Position numbers and translations under genes: made by a program
Shown: positions 1 to 8,856 of the stretch, one piece after another
Numbering within the stretch: position 1 is the first letter of the stretch
How the letters are laid out: every line of letters begins with the position of its first letter
The notes under the pieces: model-generated
The model's input: only the letters and a program-made list of their open reading frames with translations
The model's database searches: none
Told to the model about the DNA's origin: nothing
IMG/VR virus record: IMGVR_UViG_3300046542_000227
Span: 203,321-267,320 of that record
Reading direction: 5' to 3' (one strand)
Length of the DNA stretch: 64,000 bases

Positions 1-719
1 AAGCTACGAACCTTGCAGACATCCTGATGTTGAAGGACCTGTCGGGTTACCCTGTCACCAACGCTACTGAGCTCAGCCAGATCCACGTTCAAGTGGAAAC
101 GGCAGAAGGCACAGTGTCGGACATCCTCACGGTCTCGCTGTATAACCGTAAGTCCAGTCTGACCATCGAAGTGTTGGAATACCTGCGCAAGCATAAGTGG
201 GAATACGACAGCCGTGGCAACCTGATCATCGACCTGTCAAACTTCGACACCACCAAGCCAATCCTGATCCTGCCGAATAAACATGTCAACATGTACGAAG
301 TAATGAAGCGTATTCGTTCCTTCTTGCACAGTGGCAGCGACGACGGCGCGAAATCGAAGTTGGATCCTCTGGAATATTCGGGCAAGATCTACCTGAAGAA
401 CTTCAAAGATCCGACCACTGGGTTGCTGGTGTTCACGAACATGCTCAACGAGAAACTGAAGATCAACATCGTTCATTGCGAGATCCTGGTTTACGCTATG
501 ATGGTGAGATCTGCCGTGCATCGCGATTACCGGTTGCCAAAGCCGGGTATCGATGGTGTGTTCGAGAAGTACAATCGTCTGATGTTGAACCGCAGCCTGT
601 CGGGTGCCATGGCATTCGAGAAGCAGCATGAACCATTCAACAACCCAGCGTGCTACTTGACGCTGGAGCGTGACGATCACCCGTATGACCACGTCCTGTT
701 GGGCGGGAAGATGAACTGA
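1..719 (+). CDS. Non-virion RNA polymerase beta'-like C-terminal subunit (phiKZ gp74-like), 5'-truncated by window edge
   Basis: Frame is open from position 3 (ATNLADILMLKD...). C-terminal NIVHCEILVYAMM...NRSLSGAMAFEKQ...DHPYD resembles the beta' terminal region. Lies directly upstream of the SF2 helicase, as in phiKZ. Confidence 0.8.
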   Translation, partial: ATNLADILMLKDLSGYPVTNATELSQIHVQVETAEGTVSDILTVSLYNRKSSLTIEVLEYLRKHKWEYDSRGNLIIDLSNFDTTKPILILPNKHVNMYEVMKRIRSFLHSGSDDGAKSKLDPLEYSGKIYLKNFKDPTTGLLVFTNMLNEKLKINIVHCEILVYAMMVRSAVHRDYRLPKPGIDGVFEKYNRLMLNRSLSGAMAFEKQHEPFNNPACYLTLERDDHPYDHVLLGGKMN

Positions 720-769
720 CGGCTGTGGACTCCGTCCACGGTTAGTCACCTAATGTGGACGGAGGTAGT

Positions 770-792
770 GTGGGGAGCTTCGGCTCCCCATG
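770..792 (+). terminator. GC hairpin TGGGGAGC-TTCG-GCTCCCCA
   Basis: Perfect stem with UUCG loop between the gp74-like and helicase genes. Confidence 0.6.
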
Positions 793-802
793 CCTTTAAA
801 AA

Positions 803-2317
803 ATGTCAGTCAGCCTTAAGATCGAGAAGTACTCCCACGGCTGCCGTGTGACTGGGTTCGACGTGGATAGCCTCCATAAGACCACACGGTTCTTGGAATC
901 CCTCTCACTGAAGGAACCCCAACGCGTTCAGAACCGCATGACCATGGTGCTTAAGAAAAAGTACTACGGCATGACGGAGAACAAGCGCGAGCTATTTATC
1001 CACCGCAACTCGTTACCTGAATACGTCAACCATCTGAGCGAGTCGGGGTATCCAACCGCAAAGATCGTCTACAACCAAATCCCTGTACCACCTGCTGCCA
1101 ACGCCGATTACCTAATCGACGAGAAGTATCAGTTGCGGGATTACCAAATTCCTATCGTGGGCGAACTGTCTGACGATACTTACTCACGTCGCCTTGACCT
1201 ACAAACAGGTAAGGGCAAAACGTTCACCACCCTCGCTGCTGTAGCGCGGATGGGTTGCCGGGCTGTTGTAATGATTCCGCCTAAGTATTTCGGGATCTGG
1301 AAGACAGCGCTGGATGAAACCTACGGTGACTCTGCGAAGTTCCGACTCGTCTCGGGCTCCGGAGAGCTCAAGCAGCTAATCCTAGATGGATTGGATGGCA
1401 ATATACACGAAGAGGTCTTAATCGTCTCCTGTGTGTCCTACAGGGGCTACATCGAGGCCTATGAGACCTACGGCGAGAACATTGAGTCTTCGGGCTATCC
1501 GGTTCCGCCACCGCGCTTCCATGAAGCGGTAGGTGCTGGTGTACAGATCAACGATGAGTTCCAAGAAGACCCGGGTCTGTACTTCCGGATTGACGTGTAC
1601 TCTAACGTCAAGAAAATGATCTACTTGTCTGCTACACCATACACAGGTAACGCTTACGTTACCCGCATGATCGATGTGATGACTCCTGCAGAAACCCGTT
1701 GCACCTTGCCGGAGTGGGATCGTTACATTGATGTGGTGTGGTTGCTGTATAGCGATCCAACGGTGCAAGCCAAGGATTACCTCACCCCTTTCAAGAACAC
1801 CTACAACCATGCCCGTTATGAAACGAAGCTGCTTGAGAAGAAGAAGCGCCTTGAGTTCTACTTGGCCTACGTCCGTCGTATGGTCGAAGGTCTCTTCGTC
1901 CGCGATCGTCAAGTCGGTCAAAAGGCGTTGGTCCTCTGTTCCACGGTTAAGTTCATTCATGTCCTAACGGACTTCCTCAAACAGCAGTTCCCGGATCTGA
2001 GCATTGGGTTCCACGTTGCAGGTTGTGACTACAAGAAACTGGTGACGTACGACATAATCGTCTCTACGCCTAAGTCTTGCGGTACTGGGGTAGACATCCC
2101 AAACCTGCGTGAAACCTTCCTGTGCGTGGCTACAGGCTCTGAGAAGGACGCTGTGCAGATCATGGGTCGTACTCGTCCGCTGAAAGGCTGGCCTGAGCAT
2201 ACCCCACGACTGAACGTGCTGGTGTGTAACAACATCCCCCAACATCTACGCTACATGGATGGTAACAAAGAGGTCTTCTCCAAGAAGGCACGTTACCAGC
2301 GCATGGCTCGACTTTAA
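803..2317 (+). CDS. Superfamily 2 (UvsW/DEAD-like) helicase, phiKZ gp75-like
   Basis: Q motif LRDYQ, Walker A LQTGKGKT, motif II INDEFQ, motif III LSATP, motif V GTGVDIPNL, motif VI QIMGRTR. Confidence 0.9.
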   Translation: MSVSLKIEKYSHGCRVTGFDVDSLHKTTRFLESLSLKEPQRVQNRMTMVLKKKYYGMTENKRELFIHRNSLPEYVNHLSESGYPTAKIVYNQIPVPPAANADYLIDEKYQLRDYQIPIVGELSDDTYSRRLDLQTGKGKTFTTLAAVARMGCRAVVMIPPKYFGIWKTALDETYGDSAKFRLVSGSGELKQLILDGLDGNIHEEVLIVSCVSYRGYIEAYETYGENIESSGYPVPPPRFHEAVGAGVQINDEFQEDPGLYFRIDVYSNVKKMIYLSATPYTGNAYVTRMIDVMTPAETRCTLPEWDRYIDVVWLLYSDPTVQAKDYLTPFKNTYNHARYETKLLEKKKRLEFYLAYVRRMVEGLFVRDRQVGQKALVLCSTVKFIHVLTDFLKQQFPDLSIGFHVAGCDYKKLVTYDIIVSTPKSCGTGVDIPNLRETFLCVATGSEKDAVQIMGRTRPLKGWPEHTPRLNVLVCNNIPQHLRYMDGNKEVFSKKARYQRMARL

Positions 2318-2323
2318 CTAACT

Positions 2324-2358
2324 GCATAGCGCCTCCCCATATGGGGAGGTGACTATGT
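2324..2358. terminator. CATA-hairpin-TATG intergenic element
   Basis: GCATAGCGCCTCCCCAT-ATGGGGAGGTGACTATGT. Confidence 0.65.
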
Positions 2359-2373
2359 CGCATCGGAGCTTAC

Positions 2374-2925
2374 ATGAAAGAAGAGAATTGGATTGAAAAG
2401 TCGTTTGTTATCTACTTCAAATACTATCTGGAGAACGGTCGAACGCAACGGGCCCTGACGATATTCGGGGTACCCCTGCTGATCGGTGCTGAAATGCCAT
2501 ATGTCTGGCATTCGGGCTTTATGCTGTCTTTGTATAACTTCATCTATCTCAAAGATGTCGAACCGAAGACCGTGTCACAGGCACTGAAACAGCACAGGAC
2601 GGTCCCTCTGCTGAGCTGGCTTCTGGGTAACCATGTGGAAAAGGAAGAACCCTTCGAGGGATCTGCCTACAACACCACAGTTCGGGGTATTCGTTACACA
2701 ATCACCCGCCATGGTAGATGGACCTCGTATGAGCGGTTCCAATGGCTCGCCCTTAAAGGCAGCCGTATGGACGTATACAGCATCGCCAGCGATGAGGATA
2801 AACAGATACCGGAATTTACCTTTGCACCACCGGAATGGGCTGACCGCACGCCTTCCCCTGAAGAGGTGGTAAACGTAGCGCATGAGATGTACAAGCTCAC
2901 TGATTTCAGCCAACTCAACGAGTAA
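2374..2925 (+). CDS. Hypothetical protein (183 aa)
   Basis: GGAG RBS before ATG; first of three co-oriented small genes. Confidence 0.7.
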   Translation: MKEENWIEKSFVIYFKYYLENGRTQRALTIFGVPLLIGAEMPYVWHSGFMLSLYNFIYLKDVEPKTVSQALKQHRTVPLLSWLLGNHVEKEEPFEGSAYNTTVRGIRYTITRHGRWTSYERFQWLALKGSRMDVYSIASDEDKQIPEFTFAPPEWADRTPSPEEVVNVAHEMYKLTDFSQLNE

Positions 2926-2938
2926 ATAAGGAAGACCG

Positions 2939-3409
2939 ATGAATACTGAACAACTCCAGACCATCCAAACCGCGCTCGATGAGCATACCCGTGAAACTGG
3001 ACATCGTTACCGTCTGGGTTCCACCCAAGTCAACCACGAGGTGCTGGGTGAACATTATTTCTACGTCGAGCGTCGGGTGAACTCCCTGACCCAACCTCAT
3101 GTTCGTGAGATGTTCGGCGAGTGGATGAACTTCTTTGAGGTGGCCATTAGCCCCAAGAAGATCTGGCCCAAAGAGCGTAAAGATCTGAACACGCGCATCG
3201 AGCCCGATGCCATCCTCCACCTGCTGTACACGTCGTCAGTAATACACGAGCGGGGGATTATCAAGACTTGGCTTGATGTCATGGCTGAACTGGGTTACGC
3301 GATTTATGCCGTCGACATCCGTGGGCAAGATGATCACATCACTGCCGACATCATTGTCTCTAACCGTACGCTGGTGTACCAAGCCGCCATCACTATCAAC
3401 ACTAAGTAA
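2939..3409 (+). CDS. Hypothetical protein (156 aa)
   Basis: TAAGGAAG RBS; tight spacing. Confidence 0.75.
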   Translation: MNTEQLQTIQTALDEHTRETGHRYRLGSTQVNHEVLGEHYFYVERRVNSLTQPHVREMFGEWMNFFEVAISPKKIWPKERKDLNTRIEPDAILHLLYTSSVIHERGIIKTWLDVMAELGYAIYAVDIRGQDDHITADIIVSNRTLVYQAAITINTK

Positions 3410-3420
3410 GGAGCAACACC

Positions 3421-3696
3421 ATGGACCAATCCGTAAAGCTGGATCCTATTGTACTGGGTTCGTCGGTACCAAATCCGTTCTTCCGCGGTGTTTCACCTAA
3501 CCGTACTTTGATGTATACCGAACACCTGAAGCTGCGTGAGCGTGAGATGGCAGCAGGTCACGAACAGCTGGGTCATCTGCCCTTCAAGGCTACCGACCAA
3601 CACGGTGCTCGTGGTGTAGTAGTAGAAATCAAGGATCCTAAAAGGATTCCTAACTTCCGCCTGTCTGATATCCCCGGTGCGCCGAAAAGCGTCTGA
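3421..3696 (+). CDS. Small protein (91 aa), possibly resembling an RNAP beta-subunit fragment
   Basis: Strong TAAGGAG RBS; followed by a hairpin element. Confidence 0.7.
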   Translation: MDQSVKLDPIVLGSSVPNPFFRGVSPNRTLMYTEHLKLREREMAAGHEQLGHLPFKATDQHGARGVVVEIKDPKRIPNFRLSDIPGAPKSV

Positions 3697-3748
3697 CGAC
3701 ATAAAGCCCCTCCCATCGCGGGAGGGGCCTATGCCGCTTTTTCTTTTG
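3697..3748. terminator. Bidirectional CATA-hairpin-TATG element between convergent genes
   Basis: CGACATAAAGCCCCTCCC-ATCGC-GGGAGGGGCCTATGCCGCTTTTTCTTTT. Confidence 0.85.
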
Positions 3749-4267
3749 TTACGAGGTGACCCCATTCAATCCATTCTGCAATGCTCGCTCCGCAGCTGCT
3801 GCGGCCGAGTCCTTCTGACGAATGGTGTCTTCAGCCATGTCCAGAATAAATGCAGCGATTGGATAAGGGAGGTTCCAGAACTCAGTCAGTGAATAACCTT
3901 GTTCATGGATCCGGTACGTATGGTAACGACGAACCAAACTAAACATTGGCCCACCTTCCCAAGCGTTCTCCTTATCATGCATGGCCATCAGCGCTAGCGG
4001 GCGCATCGGGTCAGGGGCATTAATGTGATCGTAGATACCATAGTCAGTTTGATAAGCCATCAAACTAAGCTGAGCCGCGGCTGTTGGTCTTACGGCTGGT
4101 GACTCACGCAGCAGCTGATCGATAAGACCATACTGCTGCGCTTGCTTTAGACCGAATGTACCAAACAGGACGTGTCCGTTCTTGTCGTCCTCGTTGATAG
4201 AGAGACGACTGTAGCGGGCGTCGGTGTTCGTTACATGATGCGGCTGAGCTTCCGGCTGGCCAACATG
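3749..4267 (-). CDS. gp76-like reading frame; probable -1 frameshift extension of the gp77-like gene (tail/baseplate assembly chaperone 'T'-type segment)
   Basis: Frame is open from 4339 to the stop at 3749, with no ATG/GTG/TTG upstream of 4063. Contains GYSLTEFWNLPY, similar to T4 gp51/P2 gpE'-type motifs. Confidence 0.65.
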   Translation of the reverse strand, partial: HVGQPEAQPHHVTNTDARYSRLSINEDDKNGHVLFGTFGLKQAQQYGLIDQLLRESPAVRPTAAAQLSLMAYQTDYGIYDHINAPDPMRPLALMAMHDKENAWEGGPMFSLVRRYHTYRIHEQGYSLTEFWNLPYPIAAFILDMAEDTIRQKDSAAAAAERALQNGLNGVTS

Positions 4268-5916
4268 AAAAACTCCGCCAGTGGATCGACAGTGATCAGG
4301 TTCTCGAAACGCTCTTTGAACTTGGTCGCTGCAGGCGTGTTACAGACCGGGCAGTTGAAGGAGTTGATTGCAGTCATGGCAATCAGGCTGTCGTCGATAT
4401 ACTTCTCGACAGCGTCGTTGAATTCTTTGATGTGCTCATCGGCCGAGTAAACGTCAGACAGGATGTCAGCGATGAAGTCCTTCTCTTCCGAGAGAACCAC
4501 GTAGCCATCTGGCGCTTCTGGGTTGATGTCAACAATGGCTTTGATCCAGTGCGTGTATTCACGCGCAGCGGTGGACTCAGCCAGTTGTTCGATAAAGCGA
4601 GTACGGTTACGACCTTCAGGCGGTTCGTTGAATGCGCCTTGAGTCATTTCGATGATGCCGGTCAACCAAGCACGTCCGAGCTCTTCGTGATCCCAGACCG
4701 ACGGGCATTGCAACAGGAAGCCCATCTCGCCAATCTGCACCAGACGCTCACGACCATAGACGTGATGCGACTTGTACGTGGCCAGGTCTTCCTTGGTACG
4801 CGGTGCACGCGCATCGATACGGAAGGCCATATGGGTTTTCTGCCATGGAGTCAGACCGTTCATGTCGACCCACCACATGTTCACCACTTGCATCAGTTCT
4901 TTGGTGATATGGTTGCACTTGCCGATATCGGCGATGCATGGCGACGCGTACGGATAACCGGCTGGGTACAGAGTAGCAGCCAGACCCAGGATTACCGCAG
5001 GGATGTCACGGGTGTCGATCAATGGCTTGAGGTCAGTCGGCGTAGCAAACGAAACGTTCGCATTGCTGACGTGCTGCAAAGCAAAGTCAACCACGATGGT
5101 CTTGATGTAGTGGGCGACGTTAGAGAACGCCAGACCACGGGTTTCAGAACCTACCGATACTTTGACCTGTGCCACTTCCTGGTTCATCGCGGTCAGTTCA
5201 ACCAACGATGGGGCCTTGAAGCGCAGCCAGATACCCGAATGCCACAATGGCATATCAACGGTACCACCAACGCCCGCCTTACGGGTGACGTAGGACTTCA
5301 GCTCTTCACGGGTGTACTTGCCATCAGCAGCCAGACGCTGGACAGGAATACCACCACCGATGTGCTTGCCTTCGTGTTCAACCGTTTGACCCCAGTGCGA
5401 ACCTTCACGATGCAAGGCAGCAGTGTGACGGTCTGGATCGTTAACGATCTGACGGGACAATGCACCGAGCAGCAGACGCAGGTGAGGATCACCTTTGTCG
5501 TCCGGGATAAAGTCGGCAGTACGACCGATGGCTTCAGCCAGTTTGGTTTCGGATGTAATCATCCGTTCCATAATAGCCGAGCTGTGGTTCAGCACCTGGG
5601 TAACCGTTTCAACCGTTTCACGCAGGATCGCGACGCAGTCACTCAGGCTAGGCTCAGGCTGCTTATCAGGCAGTGGTTTGGTAACCGGGCGGGTAACCGT
5701 ATGGTTAGTGCCGGGTTGATCTGGCGTGAAGGGCTCCAGAGGAGGCAACTCTTCGTCAGGAGCATCCTGGATCAACTGCTGCACTTCAGCCTCACCAAGC
5801 GGTGGTGTGGCGATGTGTGGGTTGATCGGTGTTTCACCAGACGGCACAGCAGCGCCGGCAGCTGCCGGCTCCACTGCGTCGCCCTGACCGGCTTTCGGAT
5901 CATCAGGCAGTTGCAT
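4231..5916 (-). CDS. phiKZ gp77-like protein; putative baseplate hub/tail assembly chaperone
   Basis: 561 aa; PCIADIGKCNH and CPVCN cysteine motifs; ends ...DPLAEFFML; synteny. Confidence 0.7.
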   Translation of the reverse strand: MQLPDDPKAGQGDAVEPAAAGAAVPSGETPINPHIATPPLGEAEVQQLIQDAPDEELPPLEPFTPDQPGTNHTVTRPVTKPLPDKQPEPSLSDCVAILRETVETVTQVLNHSSAIMERMITSETKLAEAIGRTADFIPDDKGDPHLRLLLGALSRQIVNDPDRHTAALHREGSHWGQTVEHEGKHIGGGIPVQRLAADGKYTREELKSYVTRKAGVGGTVDMPLWHSGIWLRFKAPSLVELTAMNQEVAQVKVSVGSETRGLAFSNVAHYIKTIVVDFALQHVSNANVSFATPTDLKPLIDTRDIPAVILGLAATLYPAGYPYASPCIADIGKCNHITKELMQVVNMWWVDMNGLTPWQKTHMAFRIDARAPRTKEDLATYKSHHVYGRERLVQIGEMGFLLQCPSVWDHEELGRAWLTGIIEMTQGAFNEPPEGRNRTRFIEQLAESTAAREYTHWIKAIVDINPEAPDGYVVLSEEKDFIADILSDVYSADEHIKEFNDAVEKYIDDSLIAMTAINSFNCPVCNTPAATKFKERFENLITVDPLAEFFMLASRKLSRIM

Positions 5917-6445
5917 TGAGTTCGCTCTCCAGGATGCTGGTGTATTCTTTCTCTACGGTTTCAGCCAGCGAAACCAGCAGTGGCTGAATGCCGGATTCGT
6001 AGTGGGTAGCCAGCTTGTTGTAGCCGGTAGCCAGATCGAATACATCGGTGATCTCTTCAGCGCTTGGAGCACCCGACTTGTCTTTGTGGACTTCCCACAG
6101 CGACGCGAGGTTCTCGTTGTAGTTGGCGATATCGCCGCACAGCGTACCGAAGCTACGCTTGAAGCCTTCGGCGTCAGCCAAGTGCTTGCAGATGTTCGGC
6201 AGTTCTTGTTTGACCGGGATGACGAAGTTGCTGGTGCTGAGGATCAGACCGGCACACTCGCTGTACAGTTCGCGAAGGATGTCGTAGCCATCGGCGCCCT
6301 TGAGTACAGCTTCAGCGGTGAGGCTTTGCATGTCCTGGACTTGGCCAACGATTTCTTTTTGTTCGGTCGCCGGCAGAGTTGCGAAGGCTTCCAGTTTCTT
6401 TTGTTCCGGCACAGCAATGGCGCTACCGGCGATCAGCTCACTCAT
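5903..6445 (-). CDS. Hypothetical helical protein (gp78 position)
   Basis: AGGAG RBS; 14-bp overlap with the downstream gene. Confidence 0.8.
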   Translation of the reverse strand: MSELIAGSAIAVPEQKKLEAFATLPATEQKEIVGQVQDMQSLTAEAVLKGADGYDILRELYSECAGLILSTSNFVIPVKQELPNICKHLADAEGFKRSFGTLCGDIANYNENLASLWEVHKDKSGAPSAEEITDVFDLATGYNKLATHYESGIQPLLVSLAETVEKEYTSILESELNATA

Positions 6446-6472
6446 CCCGTTCTCCTAGGACATAATTTGACA

Positions 6473-6496
6473 ATGACATATATATTGCTTAATGCA
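6473..6496 (+). promoter_or_regulatory. Candidate phage early-type promoter
   Basis: ATGACATATATATTGCTTAATGCA aligns more loosely with four other TATAT-core motifs; AT-rich divergent intergenic region. Confidence 0.45.
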
Positions 6497-6556
6497 GTAA
6501 AATCCCACAGAAGAGTAAAACCCTATGGGTAACTTTTTTCGATAGAAGGTGATGAC

Positions 6557-7408
6557 ATGCAAGACATGTTCAAAGAACGCATGAATGCCGTGCTGCCGTT
6601 GGAACAGTTGGAACTGGGTGCGAGCATCCTGAGTCTCTTTGAAGACGTGGGCTTTACCTCTCCATACGAACCTCTTCAAGAGATAATGGAAGTCAGTACT
6701 TCGCTTATTGCGACTGACCAGTACGTGTCTCGTGTACTGACCTGTTTGTCCGACTCGATGGACGACCTGCTCAAAGCGTTTGGCGTGGAAGTAACTGAGT
6801 CCTGCCCGCTGCAATATAAGCTCGATGTAGGGACGACCCTGATCAAGCTGCCGAACTATTATTTGCCAGCGGAAGTGTTGGCTATTACCACCACTAGCTT
6901 CGACAATGAAGTGATCTTGGCTGAGCTGGTCATGCTCACTCAGGGCGTAATAGTAGAAGAGTCGTTGGAACACCTCTACGGCGTCGACGATGGGTTGATC
7001 CCGAAGCTGACCGCAGAGATGCAGAAGATGGCGGCCTACGACGAAGCATTCAATACTCCGCTGGACATGATCGACCTGGATCGTAAGCGGATCATCAACA
7101 TCAACCGTCTGCTGAAAGACGCCCGTGCTAAAGAGCATTTGGTTTGCGTCGGCGAACTGATCGAAGCTGGCGCCAAGATGGGTGCAGACTTTGAACCGTT
7201 GGTACAGCAATACGTCGAACAACTGACGATGCTTCCTGCGGATCATATGACCATCGAGCTCCTCGGCCTGGCCTTGTTCAGCAAACTCCCTGCTGAGCAA
7301 TGGATCGACACTGTGCAACACACAGCCGGGGAATTTACGGATCTGTTGTCCGACCATCGCAAGATCGAGATCGTGCTTAACGATTATCGAGTCTTCTTCG
7401 AGATGTGA
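6557..7408 (+). CDS. phiKZ gp79-like protein
   Basis: 283 aa acidic; GAAGGTG RBS; GTGA overlap with the vRNAP subunit gene. Confidence 0.7.
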   Translation: MQDMFKERMNAVLPLEQLELGASILSLFEDVGFTSPYEPLQEIMEVSTSLIATDQYVSRVLTCLSDSMDDLLKAFGVEVTESCPLQYKLDVGTTLIKLPNYYLPAEVLAITTTSFDNEVILAELVMLTQGVIVEESLEHLYGVDDGLIPKLTAEMQKMAAYDEAFNTPLDMIDLDRKRIININRLLKDARAKEHLVCVGELIEAGAKMGADFEPLVQQYVEQLTMLPADHMTIELLGLALFSKLPAEQWIDTVQHTAGEFTDLLSDHRKIEIVLNDYRVFFEM

Positions 7409-8796
7409 GCATGAATAAACGCGACTTCTTTCTTAAGGGGTTGAAGTCTGGCGCGTGTAAGAAGCGCGCTTGGGTTATGGGTTGCTTTAGCTTCATTATT
7501 AAAGACGGCCCCCGTAACCTCTACCCCGATTATCCTTACCGTCTCTTTAAGATCGGTGAGGACATGTACTTCATTGATCCTGAACCCACCCAGCCATCGC
7601 CAGCCACTGAGCTGCTGCCGGCTAACCTGACCAAGATCGACGACTACATCCAAGGTGAGCCGTTGTTCGATTGGTTGGAAGAATTCGAACTGCGTCCAGG
7701 TGAGCTGGAGAACTTCGAAGGCACTGAGCCAATCATTACCGCTGCGGGTAACGTCTTCGTTAACCACCTAGCGTTCTGTCTGCCATTCGGGGATATCATC
7801 CCTTACCAAGACGGGGCGATCAACGCAGGCAAGCTCAACGACAAGATCCTGGAACTGCTGGTCGATGATCCAGAACCAGATGACGGTGAGTCTCGACATC
7901 CAGAAGGCAAGATCTACGTTCGCCAACTGCTGATGTACAACGAGTACATGTTGAGCCTAACTGCTTGGGCTGAAGACAACGTCACTCCTGTTACTCCGAA
8001 ATCGCTGACGGGTCACCCGGATCGACACAAGGTAATGAAGGAGCTGATCGAGCAGTACAAGGACCAACTCGACAACCCATCGATCATTGCCCGTATCGGT
8101 AATATCATGGAAGAGATGGACATGGAGTATTTGAAGGACGACCCATCCTTCCAGTTCTACATGTCGAAGCGCGCTAAGCTCTTCTCTGGTTCTCGTAAGA
8201 AACAGTTCTACATGTTCGGTGGTGAGTCGCCATTCCAAGACGGTACTTCGGTAACGTTCATCAGCAAGTCGCTGGAAGAAGGCATCGACACCAACAACCT
8301 GCCCACGATGATCAACTCGCAACGTGCGGGTTCGTTTAACCGGGGCTTCCAGACACGTCTGGGTGGTGAGGTAACCAAGACCATTTACCGGATGCTGGGT
8401 ACAACCCGTATCGAGGTAGGCGACTGTGGTGCCACGATCGGTATCCCAACCCTGATCCATCCACAATACAAACATCGTTTCACCGGCTTCTATTACGTAG
8501 AGAACGGGGTCACTAAAAAGATCTCGAACGACAACGTTGGGGCACTCGCTGGCAAGGTTGTCGATCTGCGTGATCCGATGGCCTGCAAGCAAGACCAGAA
8601 CCGTGTGGAGAACGAACCGGGTAAAGGTAAGAACATCTGCAGCATCTGTGCTGGCGATGCTCTATCGGAAATGCCCGATGGTATTCCTGCAGCGTCTGCT
8701 GCGGTCGGTGGTCGGTTCCTGACGTTGTTCTTGAAGAAGATGCACGCCGGTTCCTTGAAAACCACCAAGTGGAACTTCCAACAACACATCCACTGA
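7405..8796 (+). CDS. Virion RNA polymerase beta'-like subunit (phiKZ gp80-like)
   Basis: Bridge-helix-like SQRAGSFNRGFQTRLGGEVTK, DCG, LRDPMAC...ICSICAG Zn site, and AAVGGRFLTLFLKKMH (trigger-loop-like). Confidence 0.85.
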   Translation: MSMNKRDFFLKGLKSGACKKRAWVMGCFSFIIKDGPRNLYPDYPYRLFKIGEDMYFIDPEPTQPSPATELLPANLTKIDDYIQGEPLFDWLEEFELRPGELENFEGTEPIITAAGNVFVNHLAFCLPFGDIIPYQDGAINAGKLNDKILELLVDDPEPDDGESRHPEGKIYVRQLLMYNEYMLSLTAWAEDNVTPVTPKSLTGHPDRHKVMKELIEQYKDQLDNPSIIARIGNIMEEMDMEYLKDDPSFQFYMSKRAKLFSGSRKKQFYMFGGESPFQDGTSVTFISKSLEEGIDTNNLPTMINSQRAGSFNRGFQTRLGGEVTKTIYRMLGTTRIEVGDCGATIGIPTLIHPQYKHRFTGFYYVENGVTKKISNDNVGALAGKVVDLRDPMACKQDQNRVENEPGKGKNICSICAGDALSEMPDGIPAASAAVGGRFLTLFLKKMHAGSLKTTKWNFQQHIH

Positions 8797-8856
8797 TTTG
8801 GGCCATGTTATGTGGTCTTTCCGTTGACTATGGGTATTCACCCTGAGGACAAATAG

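Noticed and set aside
717-802. UGA-CGG plus hairpin after the gp74-like gene as a readthrough or selenocysteine signal
   Set aside because: The extension has no protein-like pattern, is out of frame with the helicase, and runs through a terminator-like hairpin.
6467-6495. TTGACA as a host sigma70 -35 box
   Set aside because: The hexamer at 17-bp spacing (TAATGC) is a poor -10, and phiKZ-like phages use their own RNAPs.
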